Part shown: one piece after another, positions 27,944 to 38,321 of the stretch
Layout: every line of letters begins with the position of its first letter
Position numbering within the stretch: position 1 is the first letter of the stretch
Virus record (IMG/VR): IMGVR_UViG_3300005264_000001
Coordinates: 1-64,000 of that record
Strand: one strand, 5' to 3'
DNA from: a virus
DNA: 64,000 nucleotides
Notes under the pieces: generated by a model
What the model was told of the DNA's origin: nothing
The model's input: the letters and a program-made list of their open reading frames with translations, nothing else
Databases searched by the model: none
Translations under genes and position numbers: made by a program

Positions 27944-28324
27944 TTAGTTAAATATATAGTATTTGAAGGATATCGCCTTTGTTTCAGTTTCAGTACTTGT
28001 AATTACAAAATTACCGTCGTTACTTTCAACTTCCCATATTCCGTTTGGAACATTTGAATCATCTACACTACTATCAATTATAACCTCAATCAAACTGTCT
28101 TCTTTACAATTTGAGTTTGTAATTGTAGTAATGTTTGTACCTGTTGTAAATACTCCTGAATCTTTTAAAAGACTAGGAATTGCTGTAATTATTCCACCAT
28201 TTGTTTTAGTTTTTAAACTATTGTCTGATGAATCTATAAATAGGTTTTGTGAACCTACTCCAGCATTATTTACACTTGCTGCACTTACTTCTTTAATTTC
28301 TAATGTTGAATTTACTTTTACCAT
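27944..28324 (-). CDS. tail fibre-associated protein
   Basis: N-terminus paralogous to 28360..28959 (GxQNLFIDSxDxxLKTK). Confidence 0.6.
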   Translation of the reverse strand: MVKVNSTLEIKEVSAASVNNAGVGSQNLFIDSSDNSLKTKTNGGIITAIPSLLKDSGVFTTGTNITTITNSNCKEDSLIEVIIDSSVDDSNVPNGIWEVESNDGNFVITSTETETKAISFKYYIFN

Positions 28325-28359
28325 TTTTATTTAATTTTATTGTTTTGTAAACTATTGTT

Positions 28360-28959
28360 TTACTCAATCCAAGATGTATCTTCTGTTTTGTTATTAAATC
28401 CTTCTAATAAACCAGCATAAACATAAGACCAATTCGAAGAACTGTTGGATAGATATAATTCAAATTTATCTCCAATCTCAAAAGGTTCATTAATATATAA
28501 TGAAAATCCATTTTTATATCTTCGTCCTGTGTCCCCAACTACTCCTTTTAATTTGGCAGTCACCCTGTCGTATATAATATAATCACTATTGGATGACGCG
28601 GCACTAGTTGAAATTATTTTGGTTTCACTCAATTTAATACCATTTTTATAAAATTCTAAATAACTCACTCTACTAGCAGCGATACCATTCAAGTCACCAG
28701 AATATTTTATATAATCAACACTCTTAGTGAAAGTAAAGGTTCTAGAAAGTGCTGGTGTAACTCCCAAGTTAGAAGGAACTGATGTATCGAAATAAGCAAA
28801 TGAAGAAGCACCTGCAACTGACACAATCTCTCCTGAACTATTTTTAGTTTTCAAAGTTTTATCTGTTGAATCTATAAATAGATTTTGTGTTCCTGTTGAT
28901 GCTGATGGAACACTACTTCCTTGTATTTCTTGAATATTTTTTGTTTGTACTTTTACCAT
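28360..28959 (-). CDS. tail fibre-associated protein
   Basis: N-terminus paralogous to 27944..28324. Confidence 0.6.
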   Translation of the reverse strand: MVKVQTKNIQEIQGSSVPSASTGTQNLFIDSTDKTLKTKNSSGEIVSVAGASSFAYFDTSVPSNLGVTPALSRTFTFTKSVDYIKYSGDLNGIAASRVSYLEFYKNGIKLSETKIISTSAASSNSDYIIYDRVTAKLKGVVGDTGRRYKNGFSLYINEPFEIGDKFELYLSNSSSNWSYVYAGLLEGFNNKTEDTSWIE

Positions 28960-28964
28960 TTTTT

Positions 28965-30713
28965 TTATTTAACCCTCATAATCCAAGTCATAGATATTGC
29001 TTGGAAAGGTGTACCTGAAGTTTTAGACCCTGTGTTTGAGTATTGAGTTGTTCCATGAACACCACTACTACCTGATGTTTTATAAGTATAACTATGATTA
29101 TGATTTGGTAGATAATCTTCTGTTCTATTTATACCACTAGTTCCTCCTCCATAAATAATTCTAGCGTCTCCATTTAAATTTCTAATTGTTTTTCCATTAA
29201 AAGGACTTTCAATATCATCCAAAACTTGACCATTACACTCTACAAAATTATTGTAGGGTAAAATTCCTGTAGCACTTTTAAAAACTACATCTTGATATGT
29301 AGAATATCCTGTGTAACTTCCTCCTGGGTCACTTTCACCAAATAGTTTAAATGTCGTTGAAGCATCCCAAACACCATTATAATTATAAACAATGTTGTAA
29401 TCATTAGCATCTTCATCTAAATCACAATTTACTAATGTTACTCCATTTATTACTAAAGACCCACTTAAAGATACTTCCTGATTATCTCCTGTCACTAAAA
29501 AAGATATATTTATTGAATTACCAACAGTAAACCCTAAATTTATAAAATCTTGCCCTGTTTTATTTAGCAAATCATGACTACCCTCAGATAAACCTGATGC
29601 TGTTAAAGTGTTAAAAGAATGTTCAACACCTCCCACAAGATTTTTATCCCAAGGTAAAATACAACCAATAGGAACCATAGGACTATATATTTGATTTCTA
29701 TTCATAGTTTCCCAATCATTAGTTCCTTTTACAATAAAATCTCCTTGATTACCATCAGGTAAAGATTCTCCGTATTCATAACCATCTTCAGTTACATTAA
29801 TTTTTACAACTTTTCCAGCATCTCCTTCTACAATTACAGGTAATTTTGTTCCTGAAGAACTAACTCCTCCTACACAAATAATTGAACCACTTTCTACAAG
29901 TCCAAAAGTAACAATAGCAGACTCTTCATCAATTCTTTGTATATCTGTTGGTATAATATCATATCCATTCACATCTAAAACTTGTATTAAAACTTCTTTA
30001 TTTCCTAATTTGTGATTCACTGTTACAGAAATTTCATTCTCAAATGTTGTCTTATGATAACCATTATTCATACCTACACCACCTATTACAATAACTCTTC
30101 CACTTGTTAAAGCACTAAAATGAATATTTACAGAGTTTGCGTCAACACTTGTCACTCTATCAGGTTCAATTAATTCATTGTTACTATCATATACTTGAAT
30201 AATTGGTTGTTCATCTCCTAAATTGTGAGTTACAAGAATAGATGTTTCGTTTGTAAAATCTAATACTTTTCTACCAAATGTACTACCTCCTGAACCTGCT
30301 CCACCAATATTTAATACTCTAATATCTTTTAAAGAACTCGTTATATTTGTTGATGTTGTATTCCAAATTAATAGACCAACACAATAATAATTTGTACTGT
30401 CATATTCAGGTGGTATACCTAAAATACTTAATGTTCCTTGAATGTATGATACAACTCCTGTATTACTTATAAGTAATAAGTCTGTTCTTGCATTTACTCC
30501 ACCATAAATATTATATTCTATTCCTGTTTGTTCCTCTACTTCAACCAACTCCTTCCCGAAGAATAATTGACCAGCTTTTACTTTTAGAGTTCCTCCTGTG
30601 ATTTCTATCTCACAACCATTTAGAACACCAATAGAATTTCCTTTCGCCATATTGTTTAATTCTGGTGAAAATAATTTTTCTTGTTGTCCTCCTTTGAATT
30701 TTAATCCTGTCAT
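28965..30713 (-). CDS. tail fibre with collar domain
   Basis: Two VxHxLG repeats; collar motifs VPIGCILPW and FVECNGQ...NLNG. Confidence 0.75.
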   Translation of the reverse strand: MTGLKFKGGQQEKLFSPELNNMAKGNSIGVLNGCEIEITGGTLKVKAGQLFFGKELVEVEEQTGIEYNIYGGVNARTDLLLISNTGVVSYIQGTLSILGIPPEYDSTNYYCVGLLIWNTTSTNITSSLKDIRVLNIGGAGSGGSTFGRKVLDFTNETSILVTHNLGDEQPIIQVYDSNNELIEPDRVTSVDANSVNIHFSALTSGRVIVIGGVGMNNGYHKTTFENEISVTVNHKLGNKEVLIQVLDVNGYDIIPTDIQRIDEESAIVTFGLVESGSIICVGGVSSSGTKLPVIVEGDAGKVVKINVTEDGYEYGESLPDGNQGDFIVKGTNDWETMNRNQIYSPMVPIGCILPWDKNLVGGVEHSFNTLTASGLSEGSHDLLNKTGQDFINLGFTVGNSINISFLVTGDNQEVSLSGSLVINGVTLVNCDLDEDANDYNIVYNYNGVWDASTTFKLFGESDPGGSYTGYSTYQDVVFKSATGILPYNNFVECNGQVLDDIESPFNGKTIRNLNGDARIIYGGGTSGINRTEDYLPNHNHSYTYKTSGSSGVHGTTQYSNTGSKTSGTPFQAISMTWIMRVK

Positions 30714-30752
30714 ATTAATAAATAATAAAAATTAGTTTTTAAATATATTTTA
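30711..30752 (-). promoter_or_regulatory. late-type promoter (AAATATATTTAAAAAC), identical to 33329-33370
   Basis: 42-bp exact duplicate including the ATG. The motif also occurs near 43150, 45545, 51645, 53325, 53935, 56961 and 58796. Confidence 0.8.
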
Positions 30753-30753
30753 A

Positions 30754-31287
30754 TTAAAGTAAAAAATCTGGTCCATTTACATAACTTAAATTTGATGTAA
30801 CTACTGAGAACTTAGCAAAAAAGTCTACTGTTTTCACAAGAACACCAGCTGCTTTTGTTGAATCAATTATACTCCTTATCTTTACTTCACTTAAATCTAT
30901 TAAAGGAGTGATGTAAATATCTACATTAAACACAAGATTTCTAATCTCATTAAATAAAATATCATCCTCATCAACATCAATCTCTTTTCTAATATTATTC
31001 ATAATGGCTTGTTCTGTACCACTTAATACAGTTTCATTTCCACTTAATGAAAGTAATCTTACTTTATAATCTTCATCTAGTTCATCTTTTTTTCTATCTA
31101 ACCCAAACAATAAACCTAATTTATCTAAATAAATTCCTGTAGAACTCTCAATGAAAACATAATCTAAATCTATCAATGCTAATTCTCTAACATTGTGTAA
31201 AGCTATCTCAATCGCATCAAATAAATATTTATTATTTGAACCCTCTTCTTTATTAAAAGATGTTGGAAAATTATCTAACATTTCCAT
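30754..31287 (-). CDS. baseplate wedge protein (tail I-like)
   Basis: STGIYLDKLGLLFGLDR...DEDYKVR, KAAGV. Confidence 0.8.
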   Translation of the reverse strand: MEMLDNFPTSFNKEEGSNNKYLFDAIEIALHNVRELALIDLDYVFIESSTGIYLDKLGLLFGLDRKKDELDEDYKVRLLSLSGNETVLSGTEQAIMNNIRKEIDVDEDDILFNEIRNLVFNVDIYITPLIDLSEVKIRSIIDSTKAAGVLVKTVDFFAKFSVVTSNLSYVNGPDFLL

Positions 31288-31288
31288 T

Positions 31289-33331
31289 TTAATTCACCAG
31301 TACAATATGAGTTCCATTAACTGCTGCATCCGTATCAGGTATAGATAAATCACTCATAACACCATTAATACTATTAACAACAATATTATCTAGTCCATCT
31401 GTAGACATACCAATCTTGTAAATCTCAGCTAATAAAACATTTTCACCTAATTTTAAGTTTCCTATGTATGTATTAATTCCTGCTATTAAAGAATCTCTAA
31501 CAACTGAAGCCAAATAATTTTCATTAACATCAATATTACAAGATACGACAACACTAATATAAGTAGGTTCTACAACATTATAATACACTCCCAAACTCTT
31601 AACAGTATCAACAACTTCCTTTACTCCTGTTAATTGTACAGGTGATAAAGTTCCAGTGATTCCTATAACATTTAAATTAAACCAACCTATTTTATTTGCT
31701 TCATAATCTACTAAAAAATTATCTCCGTTTGTTGGTTTTGTTCCAGCAATTAACCATACTAATGTATTATTACTTGTTAACTCATAATCTGTATTTTCAA
31801 TGTATGTTGTTGCTCCACTTGTTACAGTTGTAACACCACCTTGAATACTCTCGAATTTAAGTGTATAAGTATCTACTCCTGTATCATACACAAATGTTTC
31901 GTCTACAACATTAATTTTTGGTGTATCAATAATACTTGAACCTAAAACATAAGATAATGAATCAACTCTACTTGTAATAGAATTTATATTATTAATATCA
32001 GAAATATTTTTAGTGTTTACAATTCTAGCTCTATAAATTTCATCTGATTCTAAATCAAGACCATCTTTATATCCTTCATAATTAGATATAAAATCAATCT
32101 CCGGAATACTTGAAACTTTATAAATTACTTTCTCACTTGCTACATTACCATTAATTCCTATTTGAGTTGCTTCTACATTTACATCAACTGATGTTGGAAT
32201 TAGAGTATACTCCATATTAGTCTCATTGTCTGGAAAATTGTTAAAACTTGTAGGTGCTAAATTAATGTATTTTCCATGATATGGTGTTAAATCTCCTTGT
32301 AATAAACCACCAAACATAATTTCTTTTTCTGCAATAATATCAGTAATGTTATTTGTTACAACTTTCATGTAATAATAATTTAATTTTGTCCAGTCAATAG
32401 TTCCATATAGACTTAAATCTTTACTCTCTGATGTTGCTGATAAAAAGTTCCATCCAATTTTTAATGGTTTTGTTAATTCTGCTCTATCACTAACACTTGT
32501 TCCTAAAGATACAGTTAAACTTTTAATTTTATCTAGAGTTGATTGGTCTTTAACTTTAATATAAAATCCTGCTCCTTGTAATTCACTAGTTACTAAAGAA
32601 CCTGTCTTACTGTAACTTATTGTATCTACTGTTGTATTATTCTTTAATAGACTGAATGTATTCTCACTTGTGATACCTTCATCTGTTTCTATGTTCATAT
32701 CTTGTGTATTTGCTCCTGATATCCAAATCCCGTCAGTACAATCATCTAACATATCAAAATTATCAATAAAGTTCATTTCTCCTTCATCTATTTTATACTC
32801 AATATCTTTTGTATACGTTACAGGACTTCCTGCTCTTGTAATACTCATATTATCTAAACCATTAAAGAATCTTTGTCCGGGAGCATAGAATATTTTTCCT
32901 GTTTCATAATTTGCTTCACTTGGTAATGTTGTTGAAAATACAACATCATCTAAAGTTACAAATGAAATCTGTCCATTATCAAGTGTTGGTTGTGTTGATA
33001 CAACTAATCCAGCAGGTAAACTAAAATTTGAAGTTGTTGGTTCATTTCTTAAAAATGTAACTATACCTTTTGACTTCTCACCTTGGATTCTGTTTATTCC
33101 TACATAACTTCCTAACTTGTCTATGTACTCACCTGTTGCTGTGTCAATAAAACATTGATTATTTAAATACTCAGCGTATGTTTGTACGTCTTCAATTCCT
33201 GTTGCAACACTTGTTGAAAAAACATCGATAACACTTCCTGTATTTACGTCGTTTATATCATCAGAATTACTTGAGAAATCCCATTTTATATCAGCTGCAT
33301 ACTCTTCAACTGATTTCTTTATAATTACCAT
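31289..33331 (-). CDS. baseplate J-like protein
   Basis: FIDTATGEYID, GINGNV, GLDLESDEIYRAR. Confidence 0.9.
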   Translation of the reverse strand: MVIIKKSVEEYAADIKWDFSSNSDDINDVNTGSVIDVFSTSVATGIEDVQTYAEYLNNQCFIDTATGEYIDKLGSYVGINRIQGEKSKGIVTFLRNEPTTSNFSLPAGLVVSTQPTLDNGQISFVTLDDVVFSTTLPSEANYETGKIFYAPGQRFFNGLDNMSITRAGSPVTYTKDIEYKIDEGEMNFIDNFDMLDDCTDGIWISGANTQDMNIETDEGITSENTFSLLKNNTTVDTISYSKTGSLVTSELQGAGFYIKVKDQSTLDKIKSLTVSLGTSVSDRAELTKPLKIGWNFLSATSESKDLSLYGTIDWTKLNYYYMKVVTNNITDIIAEKEIMFGGLLQGDLTPYHGKYINLAPTSFNNFPDNETNMEYTLIPTSVDVNVEATQIGINGNVASEKVIYKVSSIPEIDFISNYEGYKDGLDLESDEIYRARIVNTKNISDINNINSITSRVDSLSYVLGSSIIDTPKINVVDETFVYDTGVDTYTLKFESIQGGVTTVTSGATTYIENTDYELTSNNTLVWLIAGTKPTNGDNFLVDYEANKIGWFNLNVIGITGTLSPVQLTGVKEVVDTVKSLGVYYNVVEPTYISVVVSCNIDVNENYLASVVRDSLIAGINTYIGNLKLGENVLLAEIYKIGMSTDGLDNIVVNSINGVMSDLSIPDTDAAVNGTHIVLVN

Positions 33332-33370
33332 ATTAATAAATAATAAAAATTAGTTTTTAAATATATTTTA

Positions 33371-33727
33371 TTATAATGTTATTGTAATCGTATCATTATT
33401 TATTGATATAATGGAAATAACTATATTTAACTTGTCTCCTACTTGTTCAGTTTTAATTGATTCAATAGTTTTAATTCTTGCTTCTTGTCTCAAACTTTCT
33501 GCTATTAAACCTTTTGCTCTTATCTCATTATTCTTACCACCTAATACTTTGTGTAATTCACTACCGTATTGTTGCATAAAATATGAACCTATACTACATA
33601 ACAATCTTAACTTAATTGCTTGTGCTAGATTTTCTTTATCACTAATTGTTGAGATTTCACCTAAACTATTAAAACTAATGTCTCCATCTTCATTTAAAGC
33701 AATATCTGTTCCTAAATCTTCTGTCAT
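33371..33727 (-). CDS. baseplate wedge protein (gp25/W-like)
   Basis: NLAQAIKLRL...YGSEL...EARI. Confidence 0.85.
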   Translation of the reverse strand: MTEDLGTDIALNEDGDISFNSLGEISTISDKENLAQAIKLRLLCSIGSYFMQQYGSELHKVLGGKNNEIRAKGLIAESLRQEARIKTIESIKTEQVGDKLNIVISIISINNDTITITL

Positions 33728-33801
33728 ACTATTAATAATAAAAAATGTTTTTTAAACTTATTTATACAAAGACTTATAAAGACTAGAACATTAATAATAT
33801 T

Positions 33802-34062
33802 ATGGTAAGAGAAAACAACCAAAAGAGACAAGAACTGATAAACTTCTTTACAGAAGAAAACTTATTTACTAAAGAAGAAATCACAAATATTTTAGATTAT
33901 GATAACTTAACACTTGAAAAAATAGAAGAATACAAAGAATTATGTATGACAAGACATTTAAATCATTTAGATGCTGGTAACAAGAAAGAGAGTGAAGCAT
34001 ATTATGATGTATGGTCAAATTTATACACTTTAGATAAAAAGAATTTTGGAGGTAGTGAATAA
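33802..34062 (+). CDS. hypothetical protein (early cassette)
   Basis: Own AAAGACTTATAAA promoter; MVRE start. Confidence 0.7.
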   Translation: MVRENNQKRQELINFFTEENLFTKEEITNILDYDNLTLEKIEEYKELCMTRHLNHLDAGNKKESEAYYDVWSNLYTLDKKNFGGSE

Positions 34063-34063
34063 A

Positions 34064-34456
34064 ATGAAAGCTAAAACAGAATTACAAAAGAAAATTGAAA
34101 AGATGCATAAAAAAGATTTAGACTTATACAAAGAAATAGTAAGTACTTCGTACGAAGCAGCAAAAGAATTTGTAATTGAGAACTACGGTAAGTGGTTTAA
34201 ATCAGGACCAGTATATTTTATGATACCAAAAGAAGGTAGAGGATTAATAACAAGATTCGTTGTAGAAATGAAAGAAGGTAAATACATAGCTAAAATTGTA
34301 ACAGATTGTGATTACAAATTATTTGCTATTATGTTTTATGAAAAATTTAGTTTTGATAAAATGGAAGAGATTTCACAAGAGGAATACTTAGAAGCACAAG
34401 ATATTTTTCAAAACATTAGAAATTTAGAAAAAAGAATGGAGAAATTTAACAAATGA
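34064..34456 (+). CDS. hypothetical protein
   Basis: TAAAATG coupling. Confidence 0.65.
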   Translation: MKAKTELQKKIEKMHKKDLDLYKEIVSTSYEAAKEFVIENYGKWFKSGPVYFMIPKEGRGLITRFVVEMKEGKYIAKIVTDCDYKLFAIMFYEKFSFDKMEEISQEEYLEAQDIFQNIRNLEKRMEKFNK

Positions 34457-34911
34457 ATGAGAAAAAAGATTGTATAATTATGGACATCGATGGATGTTTA
34501 GCAGATAACACAGAAGTTTTTGAAACTTGTTGTAAAGAAGATGGTTCATTTGATTATAAGAAACATATAGAATTGTTACCAAATATGAAAGTAAACGATT
34601 GGTGTGTAGAATTAAATCAAATCTACTATCATAAACATACAAGTATAATTGTTACAGCACGTAAGGAAAGTCGTCGAGAATTGACCGAGAAGTGGCTTAA
34701 AGATAATTGTATTTGTTATGATAGACTTGTAATGCATCCCGGCCGTGATATGAAAGATGAGGATTACAAAGTAAGTGCAGTTAATAAATTAGCTGAACAA
34801 TATAATATTTTACTTTGTGTTGAAGATTCACCTAAAAATGTTGATGCTTTAAGAAGTAATGGTTATTTAGTTTTACAACCTAATCACTTATATGAGGTAA
34901 ATAAAGAATGA
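34453..34911 (+). CDS. HAD-family phosphatase (polynucleotide 3'-phosphatase-like)
   Basis: DIDGCLAD, VTAR, K, VEDS. Confidence 0.88.
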   Translation: MNEKKDCIIMDIDGCLADNTEVFETCCKEDGSFDYKKHIELLPNMKVNDWCVELNQIYYHKHTSIIVTARKESRRELTEKWLKDNCICYDRLVMHPGRDMKDEDYKVSAVNKLAEQYNILLCVEDSPKNVDALRSNGYLVLQPNHLYEVNKE

Positions 34912-35105
34912 AACCAACTTTAACAAAATCAATGATAGTACCTTATCTTATTATATTTTATTCTATGATGACTATATTTTTTGTTGATGTAACAGTGTTT
35001 ATTAAGATACTTTGGGGTGTTGTAATCGCATTAAATATTCACACAATCTTAAAAGAATATGAACACTTAGAAATAATGAACAATATAAGAAATGGTAAGT
35101 TTTAA
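34908..35105 (+). CDS. small membrane protein
   Basis: Two TM segments. Confidence 0.6.
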   Translation: MKPTLTKSMIVPYLIIFYSMMTIFFVDVTVFIKILWGVVIALNIHTILKEYEHLEIMNNIRNGKF

Positions 35106-35112
35106 AGAATGA

Positions 35113-35637
35113 TTATTTAGAATCATTAATAGTGATTCTTGCTTCGTGGTCTGCTAGTGTGGCTTCAATTTGTTCTAATTTAGTTTTACTAAATGAAGGA
35201 CTTCCGTCCATATTAATAAATCTATAATCACTACATCTAAAAGTAATAGAATTATCGTCTTTTAGATGCATATAAGTACCATTTTCTTTTGCTGATACAA
35301 TATATTCACCTTGTTTTATAGGGAGAACATTATCCGGTGAGCTTGTAAAGTCATCATACAAATTACCTAATACAATCGGAGTTGTATTATCTACAAATCC
35401 AACTAATACAATATCATTAATTTTAGGTAACATAATTTGACCTTTTAAATTACCCATACCTAATCCAGCACATTGTACATTATCATATTGTAAATTAAAA
35501 TTAAGTCTTTTGATATTGACATTTCCTGTTGTAACATTAACACCTGTAACTACATATTTATCTAAAGATTTAGTTGATTTGATTTCTTCTTTAATTAGTT
35601 CTTTTAGAACTTCTTTAAATGATTTAATAAATTTCAT
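35113..35637 (-). CDS. baseplate spike (gpV/Gp5 OB-fold)
   Basis: LPKINDIVLVGF...PIVLG. Confidence 0.85.
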   Translation of the reverse strand: MKFIKSFKEVLKELIKEEIKSTKSLDKYVVTGVNVTTGNVNIKRLNFNLQYDNVQCAGLGMGNLKGQIMLPKINDIVLVGFVDNTTPIVLGNLYDDFTSSPDNVLPIKQGEYIVSAKENGTYMHLKDDNSITFRCSDYRFINMDGSPSFSKTKLEQIEATLADHEARITINDSK

Positions 35638-35731
35638 AATAAGATTAATAAAAAATGTTTTTTAAACTTATTTATAAGTCTTTGTATTGAGAAAAGCAAA
35701 GACTTATAAAGGTTCAATCATTACTATTAGT

Positions 35732-36118
35732 ATGGTAAGAGAAAATCACTTTAAGAGTCAAAAAGTAAGCGAGAGAACAATAAAAATGATGAAAGAATTG
35801 TTAAATACAGATATGATTTGGTATGATACAAAAGTTCCAACATACACACAAATCTTTGCATGGATTACAGAATTCAGAAAAGATATCGAATTACAATCAT
35901 TTAGTAAATTTAGAGCAGAACACGATACTCATAATGCATCAGGTAAGATAATAATGAAAACAACTAGATGTGATGCTTTTAGATTCACTTTACATATGGG
36001 AAATAGATTATTTGTAGAATTTAATAGTGATAAGTGTGATGATGTAACTAGAGCACTCGTTAGTTTTTTAGCTGGACATAAATCTATGTCTAATTGTTAT
36101 GAAAAGAGACAATACTAA
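35732..36118 (+). CDS. hypothetical protein (early cassette, MVRE start)
   Basis: ATG 21 nt after AAAGACTTATAAA. Confidence 0.7.
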   Translation: MVRENHFKSQKVSERTIKMMKELLNTDMIWYDTKVPTYTQIFAWITEFRKDIELQSFSKFRAEHDTHNASGKIIMKTTRCDAFRFTLHMGNRLFVEFNSDKCDDVTRALVSFLAGHKSMSNCYEKRQY

Positions 36119-36155
36119 ATAAATTTATAAATGATTACAAATTAATAATATTAAA

Positions 36156-36722
36156 ATGGTTAAATTAATAAAAACATATAAAGGTTTTGAGGTGTATGCA
36201 TCTCGAGTAGAACAAGATGAAGGAGAGAAAGGTAATGTGTACTTTTTATCGAGCATAAGTATACCTAAGAAGCACCCTAGGTATAACACTAAGAATCCAT
36301 ATTTTACAGATGCTGATTTTAATAATGAAGAATATGAGATTGATACATATAGAATTGGGGATGTTTGGGGACAAGCAAAGAAATACATTAATAAATTCTT
36401 ATTAACAAATAAAACAACTACTAAAGAAAGATTGGAAATGTTAAGTGAGAGATTAAATTCAAATGATTTTAAATTTAAACTTGAATTATCAAGAGAAGGA
36501 AAAGATATCTTAAATAAAAAGATTAGTGCTGTTAAAGAACCTGAAGTATTTAAAAAGATATCAAATATGAGTAAAGCTATATTTAAAGATGAAGAATCAA
36601 TCAAGAAGATACCAAATCTAGTATCAGCTTATTTGAAAGGTTCTAGAAAAATGATTGTATTAGAATTTTTCACAAAAGACAAGAAAAGATATCCAATAAC
36701 TTATAATATTAAAGAATTATAA
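36156..36722 (+). CDS. hypothetical protein
   Basis: Own TATA at 36124-36131. Confidence 0.7.
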   Translation: MVKLIKTYKGFEVYASRVEQDEGEKGNVYFLSSISIPKKHPRYNTKNPYFTDADFNNEEYEIDTYRIGDVWGQAKKYINKFLLTNKTTTKERLEMLSERLNSNDFKFKLELSREGKDILNKKISAVKEPEVFKKISNMSKAIFKDEESIKKIPNLVSAYLKGSRKMIVLEFFTKDKKRYPITYNIKEL

Positions 36723-36730
36723 TTTATAAA

Positions 36731-36794
36731 TCTTTATAAACAACAACTAATTTTATCGAAAGACTTATAAAGGAGTAAGTATTACTATTATTAT
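36731..36794 (+). repeat. 64-bp promoter cassette, exact inverted copy at 57469-57532
   Basis: TCTTTATAAACAACAACTAATTTTATCGAAAGACTTATAAAGGAGTAAGTATTACTATTATTAT. Confidence 0.9.
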
Positions 36795-37155
36795 GGTAAA
36801 AAGACAATTAAAAATAAATGACAGTAATAACAAGGAAAACCCAAATCAAAATGTTTGTGCTATGATGGTAGCTAAAAGAATCGGTGTTGCTGACCATTCA
36901 AGATATTTACATACAATTCAAGATTTAGTGAAAGCATCAAGAAAATTTTTCACTGTTAGAAGTAGATTGAGTTCTTTAAAAGTTAAGTCTGTTGGTGGTA
37001 GTAGAAAACATTGTAAAGCAATCGGAGCAAGATTATACATAGCACATGTTAAAGGTCACGTTTTACTATTAAATAATGAAGGTAAAACTATTGTTGATAC
37101 AGCTCCTAGAAAAATTGATAAAAGAAAATTAATTAGCTTTTATGCTATTTTCTAA
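36793..37155 (+). CDS. basic hypothetical protein (possible Cys-His papain-like fold)
   Basis: N.CA...GHVLL...D pattern; own promoter. Confidence 0.65.
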   Translation: MVKRQLKINDSNNKENPNQNVCAMMVAKRIGVADHSRYLHTIQDLVKASRKFFTVRSRLSSLKVKSVGGSRKHCKAIGARLYIAHVKGHVLLLNNEGKTIVDTAPRKIDKRKLISFYAIF

Positions 37156-38321
37156 AACTCATAAGCTAATTGAGTTTTTTCTTCACCAGCTAATAATTCT
37201 GTATTCCACACTCCGTTCTCATCATCGAGTAAAACGTCTTCTGGAAAGTCATTTGCTGAGTTACTATATCCTGTAATACTACAAGTTACAGCATCACTAC
37301 CACTTATTTTTATATCTAAAGTTTTGATAATCCAAACTTGACTAGCTGAAATTTTTGGATGGTCGTGTACTACAAATGTATCACCAACTTGAAAGTTCTT
37401 GTCAAAATTGTTTACATCGAACGATACAGTATAATTTTTAGCCATTTCTAACAGCTTAGCACGTGCTATTTCACGACATTCCTCCTCTGAGAATACATCT
37501 CTTCTAAAGATTGGTAATATGTGTAATCTCTCGATGATTGGTTTAAATCCACCAATTAATTCAGATTCACGAGCTCCATTTTTAAGTTGATACGCTATTG
37601 GGTCAAATGCCAAACCTGTACAATTATTTCCTATAACTTGCACAGCATCATAACTATTTGATAAATTTCCTGTGTTTATTTTTTCAATATTTGTATAAGG
37701 ACTAAATACCCAAGCATCGACACTCTCAGCATTTAAATATTTTGGAAATTGTATCTTTAGGACACCTTCTCCTGTTTGAAATATTTGTATTGCGTACTTC
37801 TCTTTAATGTTATTTAGTACTTCTCCAAAGTTATCATTATCATCAATCTTTAATTCAACGTTAGGTGAGATATTATCATCTATTGTATATTTTGGAATGA
37901 ATCCTTTTAAATCAATATCCTTTTCAGCTTTAGACATTATTGTATCAATACTTCCTGTAACATATTCAACAGGTGCTGGTCTTTCAAAACAAATACCACT
38001 TGTAGATTTACAATTAATTGAGTAATGATAACCACTATTATCTTGCCTTAACTCAGGATATTCAACATAACCATAAAATACAACTGGCATATTTCTTTCA
38101 TTATACAACGCCAAATTAGTTTCGTCTATTGTTGTATCAAAATATAATTTAACTAAATCATATTTTTGTATGTTAGTTGTATCTACTTTTCCTTGTTTAA
38201 AGAAAGGTAAACTAAAAGATAATGTGTTGATTACATTATTCAAATCAAAACTTGCTGTGAAGTCATCACCAAAGTTAAAAACTTGGTCACCGATTTGTAT
38301 TAAATGTTTCGTATATCTCAT
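37152..38321 (-). CDS. baseplate hub/tail protein (gpD/gp27-like)
   Basis: Position, size and C-terminal VGDTFVV...IIKTL. Confidence 0.7.
   Translation of the reverse strand: MRYTKHLIQIGDQVFNFGDDFTASFDLNNVINTLSFSLPFFKQGKVDTTNIQKYDLVKLYFDTTIDETNLALYNERNMPVVFYGYVEYPELRQDNSGYHYSINCKSTSGICFERPAPVEYVTGSIDTIMSKAEKDIDLKGFIPKYTIDDNISPNVELKIDDNDNFGEVLNNIKEKYAIQIFQTGEGVLKIQFPKYLNAESVDAWVFSPYTNIEKINTGNLSNSYDAVQVIGNNCTGLAFDPIAYQLKNGARESELIGGFKPIIERLHILPIFRRDVFSEEECREIARAKLLEMAKNYTVSFDVNNFDKNFQVGDTFVVHDHPKISASQVWIIKTLDIKISGSDAVTCSITGYSNSANDFPEDVLLDDENGVWNTELLAGEEKTQLAYEF

Noticed and set aside
35687-35731. ORF-track starts at 35687, 10025, 23085 and 57848
   Set aside because: Promoter spacing or TAAAATGG coupling supports the downstream ATGs at 35732, 10106, 23100 and 57815.
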